DNA of 64,000 nucleotides from Eledone cirrhosa (lineage: Eukaryota), in contig OZ024751.1 of assembly GCA_964016885.1 (NCBI GenBank), positions 23,870,001-23,934,000 on the forward strand, in the 5' to 3' direction. Positions 1-13,669 of this stretch are shown one piece after another. Below the pieces are notes generated by a model. It did no database searches and had not been told where the DNA came from. It saw only the letters and a program-made list of their open reading frames with translations. The translations under genes were made by a program, and so were the position numbers. Position 1 is the stretch's first letter, and each line of letters begins with the position of its first letter.

Positions 1-80
1 ATAAAGTACCAGTAATGCACTGGGTATTTGCTGGCCTTGTGCCAAAAGTAGAAATAATTATATATGATATTATATATACC

Positions 81-115
<35 letters not shown>

Positions 116-166
116 GTTTAGCAAGATTCTTTATCTGAAAACGTGTGTTGAAACCGATATTGTTAT

Positions 167-353
167 ACTTTGGGAGGGTCATGTTGCCAATAAGAAACAC
201 ACGCACCAGTTGCTTTCACTTCAATTTATTATAATACATTTATAAATTTAGGAATTTATAAATTTCCGGTTGGTTGGTTCCACAACCAGATGGTTGTTTA
301 TATATGTTTATATATGTTTATTGCAACATGACCCTCTCAAAGTATAACAATAT
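167..353. repeat. Inverted repeat (~36-bp arms) in TA context
   Basis: atattgttatactttgggagggtcatgttgc / gcaacatgaccctctcaaagtataacaatat. Confidence 0.7.
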
Positions 354-454
354 ATATATATATATTATATATATATATATATATGCATGTATGTATATAA
401 ATACACATAAACCTATACAAACAAACACACACACACACAGACACACACACACAG

Positions 455-489
<35 letters not shown>

Positions 490-741
490 GGAACGAGTAG
501 GACCGAAACGGCTTGAGCTCAGCCGTCGGGGTCCTACTCGTTCCTATTACCCACTCTACTACCTTAAGTATTGACTACTTTGGTGCGTTATGGTCTATCT
601 GGTTCCTTACCACATTTCCTTACTTATACTTATTACTAATTTTTACTTATTCCTAATTAAACTATTTTTCACTGGGAACAATTTGTCAGCATTTTCTTTT
701 CCTTTTACTAATATATCACAACTCGTGTGTTACACCTCTAT

Positions 742-806
<65 letters not shown>

Positions 807-2947
807 GATATGTAGATAATATATATATATATAAATTATGTAGATAATATATATATATATATATATAAACTCGTAGAGCAAATATTTATTTGTGCAGATT
901 AAAGTTTAAGCAAATAATCGCTGGTTTCTGCCTTTTATAGGAGTCTTTTGTAATCACCTTACCGCAACTGAAGCTATCAAGGTATCGACTTCTTTCCTCT
1001 ACTATGTCTTCTCTACCATAACTCCTGGTATCTCGAAAATTTAATATCGGACGTATATCATCTTTACCAAGGTCTGATAATAACTAATTTCTTCTAGAGA
1101 AGGAGAGTGACACAGAAGAACAGGGGAAAGCTTATAGAGAAAGAATCGACGCCATTACCAGAATGGAATCTTTTGTTTATCACGATGAAATCCAAAGTTG
1201 AACTCAGCACAATTTGAATAGAGAGCTGGAACAACTTCCGCTCTCTGATAATAAATGCTGTGTAGGGATTGATAACATTAGTATTCATACGTTCGATATC
1301 TTCGGTATAGGACAGAGCAATACTAAGTAGGAATATTTTATTTTATATTCCTACAAAATGTCTATGGAGTTTGTATACCATTTATATACATCTATTTTTC
1401 TCGCTATCTTATAATAATTTAAATCATGATTCATGAATTCCTTCGGAAATCACCATGAAAATCATACCTATGCATGTTTACTATGTTTATAATTTATGGG
1501 ATTTGTAGCAACATTCTGGATCACATTCCATAGCCAATGAACATATTCTTATACAAGAAATATATTTATCAACAAATATTAACTATACGTAGGAGTTCGC
1601 TCGAAATTTACGAAGTGTTAAGGGCATAAAGATAAAAAGAATGATGTTCTAATGAGCGGATATGTTATAAAATTGTTTATAGATTAGGATTAACCCCCCC
1701 TCCAAAAAAAAAAAGAGAAGTTACCGCTATCGACATCTTCTTTTTCCTTCTGTAAGTGTCTTCACTTTATTGAATCAACTATTTTATACAATTTTTGCGT
1801 CTGAGCACATCACTTTTTATATTAATTATATTTATAATAGTAAAAGTGATAACCTTTTTTTAGGATGGATATATCATTGAATGCTGCTTATCATAGTTCG
1901 TGCTGAGAAATAATTAGAGAACTGTTAGCGGATATACTAGAAAATATAAAATATAGATTTAATATAAAGAATGTGCTGCTTATGAGCAGAGATGCTATAA
2001 AATAGGGTAAAAGTCTTAAACACAAAAAAGCAGTTGTCATCGGCCGCTAAGAGGAATCGAAATATATATCTTACAGATACCGTTAACTTGCTTTCACAAT
2101 TGAACCAAGCGACCGTGACAGCTCTAACTCTCTTAAATTATATAGCTGAATCACAGCTTATTGAATGTTATAGCCTATGGTATTTATCTTAATTGTCTAG
2201 TCTATTTGTAAAAAAATGCTTTCTAATTCTTAGCAGATACTTCTTAGAAGCTGATTACACATATCCATAAATATCGAAGCAAGGCCGTGAATGGTTCGTT
2301 ATGAAACTTTTATTATTTATAAATTGGAAGATGTTTCATTATACAGAATGTGATTTGACAATCACATTGTATCGATTTATAGATTACTATTGATTGATTG
2401 CATATTGTTAACATTCAACTTAATGTATCTTGAATAGAATGCCGTTTAAGATGAAATACCCTCAGTATAATGAAATATATTCGTGAATGCTCTCAGTCGG
2501 ACAGGTCCCATTAGGAATATCCCTTTTAAGATATGGCTATCCTAGCTATCTGTTGATCATTGAGCACCATTATCTATACATTGTTTAATATACAATTAGT
2601 TAATGTACCTACCTTTGATATCAAACGATCCAAAACCTCTATTATATCGAGATGGGAATCAGGCAATGGAGACTTACAAATAAATAAATAATGCATTTAT
2701 GAAGGACTAAGAGAGAATGATAGAGATTGTTAGGCCTTGTAAAAGAGGGAGATATAGATAAACTTGACGTTTGAGAGAGAAAGAAAGAAAGGTGAAAGAG
2801 GGAAATAAAGAGTGGGGATCTTTGTAGACGTTATATAAGTGTGAAAACTTGTGACAGAAATCAATGTATTTTTCTGTGGATGACGATACATGACGCTTAT
2901 CTTTGAACATATAAACACATCATTTATGCCAAAGAATAACCAAAAAA

Positions 2948-3139
2948 ATAATTGTTTCTATTTTTGACACAAGACCAGGATTTATCCTACTGCATTACTG
3001 GTACTTTATTTTATCGACCCAGTAGGGATGAAAGGCAAAGTTAACCTTGGCGAGATTTGAACCCAGACCATAAAGGGCCGTAAATCCTTGCTGCTAAGCA
3101 TGGCTTCCGACCCTCTACCGATACTGCCAATCCACCGCC
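2948..3139 (-). mobile_element. tRNA-derived SINE (abundant family; full copy)
   Basis: Sense strand has A-box-like TGGCAGTATCGG, B-box GGTTCAAATC and core gcctttcatcc..gggtcgataaaataaagtaccag. Confidence 0.8.
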
Positions 3140-3480
3140 ACAAAATAATAGCAAAAAAACAAATTCTACGTTAATTTTGTAAGTTATAATATTTTCATTT
3201 TCACCAATTTTCACAAATGTTTCATAAAATTATGTTCACAAAAAGAAAATATTGTCCATAGTAACGATATACAGTTATATTTTGCAAAGTTGAATGATTC
3301 ATACAGATTTATGCATATACAATGGCGGTGATCCAGCATGGTCTCAATCTGTCGGCTGGAACATAGAGTAATTGAGTAACAGTTGTGAATAACTTTAAAG
3401 ACTACAAAATTACTGGATTAACGAATAACTATATTCAACACCTTAAACTTTGGACAATTTCCTTTTTTTATTTAACCACA

Positions 3481-4632
3481 ATGAAATTAATATTCTTCGT
3501 ATTTCTTATATTCAGTGTAAACGCATTTCTAGAAAAGAGCATACTGCAATCAAAGTTACTTGAAAATTACACTAAATCTTTGAGGCCTATTTATAACGAT
3601 GGAGACATATTACATTTGAACATGTCGCTTGAAATATGGGATATTATTGAATTGGATACGAGACACGGTATACTTACAAGTAAATTTATTCTTGAGTTAT
3701 CCTGGCAAGACATTCATTTTCAGTGGAACAGAACCTTATATCCTAATATAAGTTACATGCATTTCAAAATAAATGAGATATGGCACCCACAAATTAAAAA
3801 ATGTAACGATATAGCAGGTGATATGAAATTGAACGAAGATATATCAGTAAATGTGGAATCTAATGGGACGGTTTCTTTACACATAGATGGTCTTTTCAAT
3901 ACATACTGTACAATCGATATGCGTAAATACCCATTTGATGAGCACGAGTGTCATATAACTGTTTGTTTAGAGCACCAAAGGCACGTGGAAGAGACAATAG
4001 GTATGTTTACTTTTCAGAATACGCATAAATCAGAAACGAGTCACTGGCAGTATGAGCATGTAGCTGAGAATATCACTGAAAAGCACACGAATTCAGCTAC
4101 TGTTATATTATATGTAAAACGAAATGTAACGAGTGAAAAAGTGATACATATTCTACCACCAATAATGTTGACTTTACTAGTCTTGGGAGTCTATTTATTG
4201 CCTACTGAATCCGGAGAGAAGGTTTCATTTTCAATCACCATTTTCCTCGCAAATATTGTTTATCTCTCTGAAACTGCAACATCTATGGGATATAAGTCTC
4301 AAAACACATCTAGATACTTAATATACCTCTTAATTCTCACCCTTATCAGTGGAGTTTCATCCCTTAACTCCATAATCGTGTGTAAACTTTACGTTCACCA
4401 AACAAAAGATAACGCGAATTCAACACAGGATACCACACCAGATTCTAGAAGCCGATCAAAAAATGTAATAGGTATTATGGATATTTCTCAAGAAAATAAT
4501 ATTAATGTAAGAAGGACAAATCGTTCTAATATACATGTAATAACATATCGGATTCTAGATATGATATTTCTGTTATTAACTGTTACATGTTTGATAATCT
4601 GTCTCCTTTATATTTTACTACCTTTCATGTAA
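3481..4632 (+). CDS. Chemotactile-receptor-like Cys-loop ion channel subunit, copy 1 (single coding exon)
   Basis: Signal peptide MKLIFFVFLIFSVNA from ATG 3481 (track ORF starts at an upstream GTG, 3385). Motifs: RPI, WxD..W, WHP, Cys-loop CTIDMRKYPFDEHEC (C-x13-C), pre-M1 KR, M1 PP, ESGEK-M2 with L9', M3, M4. No YxCC loop C. Confidence 0.9.
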   Translation: MKLIFFVFLIFSVNAFLEKSILQSKLLENYTKSLRPIYNDGDILHLNMSLEIWDIIELDTRHGILTSKFILELSWQDIHFQWNRTLYPNISYMHFKINEIWHPQIKKCNDIAGDMKLNEDISVNVESNGTVSLHIDGLFNTYCTIDMRKYPFDEHECHITVCLEHQRHVEETIGMFTFQNTHKSETSHWQYEHVAENITEKHTNSATVILYVKRNVTSEKVIHILPPIMLTLLVLGVYLLPTESGEKVSFSITIFLANIVYLSETATSMGYKSQNTSRYLIYLLILTLISGVSSLNSIIVCKLYVHQTKDNANSTQDTTPDSRSRSKNVIGIMDISQENNINVRRTNRSNIHVITYRILDMIFLLLTVTCLIICLLYILLPFM

Positions 4633-4749
4633 ATAAGATCAAAGCTAATTAAATAATATATACACACACATATACATACATGCACACATGAATATATGTA
4701 TACACACAACTTGTACGTACATACTTACACACACACACACATACACATG

Positions 4750-4801
<52 letters not shown>

Positions 4802-4920
4802 CTCATACATACATACTTACATGCATACATACATATATGTATACACACAAACAACTCATACACACATAAATACATATACAGACATAAACCTATACACACA
4901 TTCATATACACAAACATACA

Positions 4921-5855
<935 letters not shown>

Positions 5856-5988
5856 CTCCTCACCATACATACATACGTGCATACATACACACATGTAAAT
5901 CGAGAAGCACAATGTGTAAGAGTATTAATAAACAATAAATGCTGTAATGGAGTATATATGATAGAAACAAATTTGAAACAAGTGTTGC

Positions 5989-6035
<47 letters not shown>

Positions 6036-6167
6036 TTCAGAATATTATACGATACTGCAATAAAATAGAAGAGATTTTGTCTATAAATAAATATCAGACA
6101 GGAGTTTCTATCGTTGCAGCCTGTAAAATGAAAAGTTAACCTCGTCTTCTTGTTCAAATCGAAGAAA

Positions 6168-6668
6168 ATATAATTGTTTCTACTTTAGGCACAAGGCCAG
6201 CAACTACCCAGTACATTACTGGTACTTTATTTTATCGACCCCGTAAGGATGAAAGGCAAAGTTAACCTCGGCGGGATTTGAACTCAGACTGTAAAGGGAC
6301 GTAACTATGCTAGAAAGCATGGCGTCCAACCCTCTACCGATACTGCCAATTCACCTTCACAAATCGAAGAAAATATAATGACCGTTTGAAGAAATGTTTA
6401 AACTTTATGGGTAAGACATTGATTTTCAACCTGAGATTAGCAAAGTGAAATTTGATGTTCCATAAGCTAAGTTCAATATTTTAAGTACTTTGTAAAAAAC
6501 ATAATTGTTTCTACTTTAGGCACAAGGCCAGCAATTACCCAGTACATTACTGGTACTTTATTTTATCGATCCCGTAAGGATGAAAGGCAAAGTCAACCTC
6601 GGCGGGATTTGAACTCAGACCATAAGCATGGTGACCGACCCTCTACCGATACTGCCAATCCACCGCCC
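6168..6668 (-). mobile_element. Two copies of the same tRNA-derived SINE (6168-6360, 6500-6668)
   Basis: Same A/B boxes and core. Confidence 0.8.
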
Positions 6669-6898
6669 TTTGACAATCCATGAAGACAAAAATGCAGACA
6701 AATAATATACTTAATATTGTACAGTTTATAATAATATACAGAATAATAAGCAATTTTTGCTACATTATTTAGGGAAATTACATTGTGCTGTCTTTCCTCC
6801 TACCCCCTTCTCTCTTAAAACAATGTGGACAAGATGGTAAAACGACAGTTATCTATAGCTATCTAACTGTGTATCAATCTATCGTCTGACAATAAATA

Positions 6899-6899
6899 C

Positions 6900-6968
<69 letters not shown>

Positions 6969-6998
6969 GCTAGCTAGCTAGCTAGCTAACTAGATAGG

Positions 6999-7038
<40 letters not shown>

Positions 7039-7040
7039 GT
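6899..7040. repeat. Compound palindromic microsatellite (TCTA)n(GCTA)n(GATA)n
   Basis: Read directly. Confidence 0.9.
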
Positions 7041-7609
7041 GTTTGATTGATTAATAGATAGATTGGAAGAACAGGATTGTCGTATTTAGTGGATATGTTT
7101 GATAATGATTAAAGGAATTATGAAAAAATATATATATAATTGATTTAAAATAATTTAACATGAAATGCGGGGAGGTTCGGAGTGACAAGAGGGAAAATAC
7201 CAAGGAAGGTCAAGAATTCAAGCATCGTTACATAGAACTTTAAAATCCAGGAATGATTAAATTATATATTTTTTCCTATAAACTATCATTTTTTACGGTA
7301 CCTATGCTAGTATTATTATAATACTAATTGTATTTGTTGTCAACTTTATCAGTTTTTTGTTGTTTTTGCTTGTAATTACCAGATGACATTTCTGGAAATA
7401 AATATTATCTAATCTTTGACTTTATATACTTCTATCTATACATGACTAAATATTATGTTATGTTAAAGAACGTTAAACATTCTTTTAATGTATTTCTAGA
7501 AATGACTGTTTAATAAATTGTACTGAACTGAATAAAGCTTTGCACTTACTGATTATTACATTCACACTTTTTAAACTTTACTTGTGTTTGTATGCGATCT
7601 CTCAATTGA

Positions 7610-7842
7610 GGGATCAGCTGCGATTCTACGGACATGTGGTTAAAATGTCTAAGTAAATAATCACTGGAAATGGATTGAACAGGCATCAAGAGACCCAGGG
7701 TTAAACCCTAAAAAAGATGGTCGTATAACATCCAGGAAATCGGCTGGTCTGGCTTGGGAATCCAGGCACATGAATTGGAGACAGGGTTGCTTCTAAGAGG
7801 ACCCTTTAGAAGGCGTGCTTGAGAACTCAACCCCAGGAATAA

Positions 7843-7873
<31 letters not shown>

Positions 7874-7880
7874 AATAATA
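7610..7880 (+). mobile_element. RTE-type LINE 3' fragment with (AAT)n tail
   Basis: Degenerate translation QLRFYGHVVKM...PKKRWSYNI, followed by (aat)n. Confidence 0.55.
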
Positions 7881-8144
7881 ATTATTATTATTATTATTTC
7901 TTTATTAACCTCAACGGTTTACATAAAGTAGACATTAAGGACAGTGCAGGACAATACAGGACGGTACAAATGGAAATTTCTGCGTGTAAAAAGCAAAAAC
8001 AGAGGATGTAACAAAAAATAACAATGAAAAATTCCACAATGGGGGGGAGACGTCGGAGGGACATTTGTGGAGAAAGCCCAGTAAAAGGCCACAGTGACCC
8101 TGACCACCATGGCAAGTGCCCTCTCCCAGTTTTCCACCTTTAAT

Positions 8145-11100
8145 TTACAGACACATACTCAGAGTAGGCCCATTCACTCGGGCCATACTTGCTTCTCTCA
8201 CCCATCTTTCAACAAAATGCTGGGAAGAGAGCACTTCTCTCTCTACCCTGATTTTCCTTTTCAAATGAAATTTGAAAAAGGTAATCAGGGTATCACCGAA
8301 GAGGTAAGTGCTCGTCTTCAGCCCTTTCGTGTCCATCATACTATCTCTTTCGCCATGGCCACCAGACAGATAAACACTGCCTGCCCTTCCCGGCTAAAGG
8401 AAGAGGGCGGGGCAATCCTCACGATGGACTCAGCTGATAGCTGGATCCGTCCTACACGTGACAGCAGGTGTTCGACATAAACCCACAAGTCAGCAATGCT
8501 CGGACACTGGACGAGTGCGTGCAGGACGGTTTCGTTGCCCTGCGAGCATCTCGGACATGCCCGGCTGACGGCACCTCCATGCCTGTAGAGTTTATCCAGA
8601 ACTGGAAAAGCTCCTCGGTAGCACTGCCAGGCCAGGGATTTCTGGAAGTTGTCCATAGGCCCCGGCCCGAAAGTCCTTAAGAAGAGATTGGCTAGTTGAT
8701 TTTCGTCGACGCCTAGAGTTTCTCCAAGTACGTCGTCGCTCTTCCCCTCCACTAATCCTTTATAGAACGCCAAGGTGGAATTTCCACCGATCACATTGCC
8801 CGATTGGTCGAGGGCTGTGAGCGCCTGAAGACATTCCAGTCTCTAAGCGCTCCCTCTCGGTCTTCGCTTAACCCAGGACTGCAGCTCCGTCAAGGAGACC
8901 AGCTGGGGAAAGACGTGTCTAGCAAACGGCGACCACACCTGATCACCGTAGAGGAAGAGGTGGAGATGTCGTAGCCTGTGCGCGTGTCTGCGCATCATCA
9001 GCCACGGCATGCCCAGCCCTCCACGTAGCGGGTGTTGACAGCAGATGGACCTCCTGACCATCGGAGCGCGTCCCTTCCACAAAAAGCGAAAGAGCAAACG
9101 CTCCAGCGCAGTCAGGCGGGGCTTAGGACAAGGTACGACAGTCAGGCGGTAGTAGATGACGGACGCGATGTACGCGTTAGCCACCTCCGCTCGACCTTTC
9201 AGGGATAGCTTCCTCTCGGACCATTTCTGGGTGAGAGAAGCCACCCTGCTCGTCACCTCGTCCCAGTTTTTGTCCGTCTGGAGGTCCGGACCGAACCAGA
9301 CCCCTAGCAATTTAACAGGTCCGTCAGTCCAGCGCCCGACGACGCTGTTGGACGGCATGGATCTGCCTCTCCAGGTGCCGAGCTGCAGGCCCACTGACTT
9401 TTCCTGGTTGATCATTGCTCCTGTCACCGCTTCGTATTCTCTTAGTGTAGTGCCGATCGCCTCGAAGTGTTTGGCGTTGGACACCAATACGGTGACATCG
9501 TCCGCATATGTTGACACGGATCTTCCGCATCCTAGTTTACGCGGGACACCCCTCAACGTCTCCAGTTTGTGCAGTAATGGCTCGAGAGTCAATTCGTACA
9601 AGAGGGACGAGAGGGAACATCCTTGGCGGACCGAGCGCATGATGTTGAACGGTTCCGAAAGGTGACCGTTCACTCTCACCACAGAGCAGATGTCGCTGTG
9701 TATGGCAGCGATCCAGCCTCTGAAGACGGGCCCACAGCCAGCCGCCCTCAGGACTGCCGCTAGGTAACGATGGTCGACCATATCGAAAGCTTTCGACTGA
9801 TCTAAATTTATCAAAGACCCACCGGTGCCAGGTTCCCTAGCTACCCTCTCTACGATATATCGCATGAGGTGGAGGTTGTCGTGGATGGATCTGTCGGGAA
9901 TGGCGCATGTCTGCGCCTCTCCCACCAGACCACCAACGACAAGCGCCAACCTCTTTGCTAGCACCTTGGCCAAAATCTTGAACTCTGTGTTTAGCAGAGT
10001 TATGGGCCTGAAATTATCTATGTTATACCCCTTGTTCGGATCCTTTCTCAACAGCGCCACAGCTCCTCCGCTCACAGAGCTGGGAATTTTCCCGTTCTGT
10101 TGCCAGTTGCAGTAGACGTCCGCCAAGAGGCCTCCGAACAAGTCTGGCATCTGTACGTAAAGTTCAAAGGGCAGACCATCCAAACCAGGCGATTTACCCC
10201 TTGTGCAGCCAGTCATTGCCTCCCGTACTTCAGCTTCTGTTATGGGCTTTTCGCAACACTCCGCCTCAGTGGCCGAGAGCCGCGGCAGTCCGTCGAGGTA
10301 GACACTAAAGTCCATCCCTCGATCCGGCCCGCCGCTGCCCTCGAACAGCTGTACGAAGTGTCGCTGAAAAGCTTCACACATTTTCCCGGGATCGAGTAGC
10401 ATGCGCCCGTCGTGGTCCACCAAAAACCTGATTGTGACTTTGTTGCCACGTCGCGACTCCGCCAGTCGGGCCCATTGAAGGGCTCTCGTCCGGCCGTGTC
10501 TGAGAGCACGCACCCTAGCTCTGACAACGCAGCCTTCGTGCTTTGCATTGAAGAATTGGTCAAGGGCAAATATCGCCGCAAGTACGTCGGTCGCGATGCC
10601 CTTGCTAAGCGCCTCGTCTAATTTTCTAACTAGTTCTCCCTCTGCTCTATTTTTCTCTGTTACTAAAGCCTTACTAAACCTAATGGACTCTATTCTAATC
10701 GCTCTTTTCAGAGCAAATCACCACTTGTTGTTGACGATGGCTGCCGTCAACGCCCGCTTAACTAGTTCGCTAATCCGGTCTCTGCAGGCCTTGCGCTCTG
10801 GTAAGGACGCGTTTAGCTTCCAGTAGCCGGGTCCTCGTCTATAAAGCCTATCTAAGTTAAGCACACAGATCACGAATTTGTGGTCCGTGTAGCTGACTAT
10901 CTTGAATTGTGGACAGCCTATGCTAGACCTATCTATTTCCCTACAAAATATTTTATCTAGATATAATCTGGATGACCATATTGCGATTTGTCCAAGTTCA
11001 CATTGGTACATTCGGGAAATCCAATCGGTACCTGTCAGACAGTTCAAACCGCCTGAGGAGGTTGGTGAGGCTCTTTCACCCTCCTCCCCTATCCGCTAAT

Positions 11101-11561
11101 CCCACAAGGTCTCAGCGTGCATCTAAGATCCCGTTCCAGTCGCCCACTAACACTAAAGAGCAGGACGTTCCAAGAAAGGTCTCCAGACGCCGGAAGAAAT
11201 CAGGCCACCCAGCTTCTGTCGGGGCATAGACGGCCACTAGTCCGAACGCTTGCCCGTCTCCGCTGGTCACGTCCAGCACCACCAACTTACCTTCTGGGTC
11301 AAGGAAGATGGCCCGTATGGCAATATCCAAACCTCTCCGTAAAAGCACAGCAACTCCTCCCCCCGATCCAGGGCGGCTGGGAGATGCGTACACATCGTAG
11401 CCGCCGAAGATCGGTGCGAAGACCTGTGCTTCGGAGATACTGGTCTCGCTGATGGCCACTACATCAGTGTTTAGTGACCTGAGGTCGTTGAGCAGATGGC
11501 CTTGCTTCCATGACGACCCCAAGCCACGCGCATTTATGCTTCCTATTCTGAGTGAGGTCAT
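8145..11561 (-). pseudogene. LINE ORF2 (apurinic endonuclease, reverse transcriptase, C-terminal CCHC), broken by stops and frameshifts
   Basis: APE motifs INARG, ISET, GGGVAVL, VYAP, GDWN, TDH. RT motifs KSPGLDG, FRPITLLN, KAFD, QGCSLS, YADD. CPRC-x8-H-x4-C finger. Split over track ORFs 11112-11561, 10718-11047, 8843-10513, 8336-8794. Confidence 0.9.
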
Positions 11562-11595
11562 GTTGAAATGGAGTGGAAAAGATGGGACAGACCAC

Positions 11596-13669
11596 TTACC
11601 TTACTCCTCGTAGAGGGAGGATGGTTTTTCCATCCCTTTTGACTTGATCGTCTGGTGAAGAGACCGTTGAATCGTCCCTTCGGCTGGTCGTCGGCTCTTC
11701 TGTGAGTATATCCGAATATACTCTCCGTTTGCGTGTCCCTCCTAGGTCTCTGAAATCACCAACTGCGTTGGGGAATTTTATTTTAATGTTTGTGTATTGT
11801 TTCTGTGCTGTTCTTACCAGTCTTATGTTCGTTGTTGTTTTGATTGGTGCTGGTATTATGTAGTCGTGCTGTGAAATGCCTGTGTGTTCAATTATGTAAG
11901 TCATTAGTTTCTTGTTGTGTGTATTTATAGCTGTGCAGTTCTTTTTCTTCGGTGGGGTTTGGTTCTGCTATATTCTTGTCGTTGTTGCTGGGTGTGTGTG
12001 TTTTGTTGTGTTTGCGATGTTGGTGCTTGTGGTGGTGGTGTTGAACGTGTTGTTGTTGTTGGCGGTGGGGTTGCCGCCGGTGGTGATGGTGGTGCTAGTG
12101 TGGGTGATGATGGTATTGGTGGTGTTGCTGCTGTAAGTCTCTTTGCAGTAGCCTTTACCCTTTTTTCATTTCTCGCCTCCCTTTTCGAAGGCGTCGATGC
12201 GCTGCTTCTGCGTTTGTGCCTTCTTGCGACCTTTTGCCATCCCTCTCCCACCTCACAGTCCATGTCTGATTCTGTGAGGTCGGGGAGGGGTACCAGCTCC
12301 AATCTTTCACTTGTTCTTGTTGGTGATGTATGCAGTGGAGTCTCTGTTGCAGCTGTAGTTGGTATTACTGTTGTTGTTGTTAATACTTCCACTGTTGCTG
12401 CTGTTCTTGATTTCCGTGGCGTGGGTATGGGTGCCGCGGACCTATCCTTCCTGCTTGCCACCTGTCCTGTTGCTGGTAGCAGTGGAGCCGGTTTCGGAGG
12501 GAGGGCGGGTCTCCTTTCTCAGGGTTTTCTCATTGCAGAAGGCCCTGAGGAGAGTCTTCAACCCACAGCGAAAGCATTTCGGGCGTTTGCCCTCAACACT
12601 TATGGGCAGTTGAGTGCCGTTATCAAAGTCTATCACATCCGGGATAGCTTCGATGCACTCCTGGTTGGTTTGGATTAACATCTCAATGGAGGTGCCGACC
12701 CAATCTTCTCGTACTTTTTTCTGTACTTGCAGTACAGTTGTTTTGTCCTCGATTCCGGCGAGGACAGACGCGGCCAGCCAAGAAGGGGCCATTCAGTTTG
12801 ACCCTCACAATTTTTGCCCGTAGTAGGAGGGCACCAACACCATTCCCTCGCTCCTTAGGGTCACTAAGGATTGAGCATTTGCCTCCTGGGGTGCGGCAAA
12901 AAGCACGTCCACGGTGGCATATTTCTTGCCTCGGGTGATATGCGTTTTCCGCTGCCACACAGACCCTAAGGCTTTTTGTATTTGAGCCTCTGTGGCTCTT
13001 TCAATCCTACGTGATTTTGGGCTTACTGTACGGTATCTGACCGTACAGTGCTGTTGGGTTTCGAAACATTTTTCGGCTGCCTTGCAGATTGCTCGGTGTC
13101 CTGTTTTCGTCACCATCTTCTTTGCTTCCTGTAATTCCTCATTTGTTATAAGGATGGTTTCCAGGTTCTTTGCGATACCTGCAAACGAGATTAGGTTTTT
13201 GTTTCATGTTGTTGTTGTTGTCGTCGTCAGAGCTGCTGTTATTTTTGTTGTTGTTGCTGCTGCAGCTGTTGTTGTTGCTGCTGCTAATGTTGTTGTTTAT
13301 GCTGCTGCTGATGTTGTTGCGGGTGCTACTAGTGTTTTCCTTGTCACTATTGCTGCTGCTGCTGTTATTACGGCTGCTGCTATTCTTCATGACGTCAGAC
13401 GAATGAAATGGCTTTCCGTATTTACCGCACACATTTTTCGTCGTTGTCGTCGTCGTGGAGAAATGTTCCACGGTATGCACGTGCTCTTGGTGAAAGCTAC
13501 CAGAAACTATATTTTTCTTTTTCTTTAATGGCGTCGCTAGCGAAAGAGGCGACACCACATTTAGAGAAGGGAGGGAGAGAGACAATCTTCTCTCTGATGT
13601 AATGACGATTGAGGAAGAAGAAGACGGAAAGAGTGGGAGTGACTTGTGAAAATTCTTTTTTGTAGCCAT
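11596..13669 (-). pseudogene. LINE ORF1 (Gag-like, degenerate zinc knuckle), frameshifted
   Basis: Fragments 13139-13669, 12805-13116, 12442-12792, 11925-12461 and 11596-11904. VEGKRPKCFRCGLKTLLRAFC is a CX2CX4(H>L)X4C knuckle (CTC where CAC is expected). Low-complexity N- and C-terminal parts. Confidence 0.7.

Noticed and set aside
1090-1230. Possible GIY-YIG endonuclease C-terminal remnant (MESF...PKLN)
   Set aside because: Needs a frameshift and rests on a few residues; not supportable by eye.
2948-3139. tRNA genes
   Set aside because: The A/B boxes belong to SINE heads; no complete cloverleaf is seen.
3385-3480. N-terminal extensions of copies 1, 3 and 4 in the ORF track
   Set aside because: They start at GTG. 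The downstream ATG directly precedes a signal peptide, as expected in a eukaryote.
9156-13528. Plus-strand ORFs over the LINE
   Set aside because: Antisense shadows of the GC-rich ORF1/ORF2 with no independent motifs.
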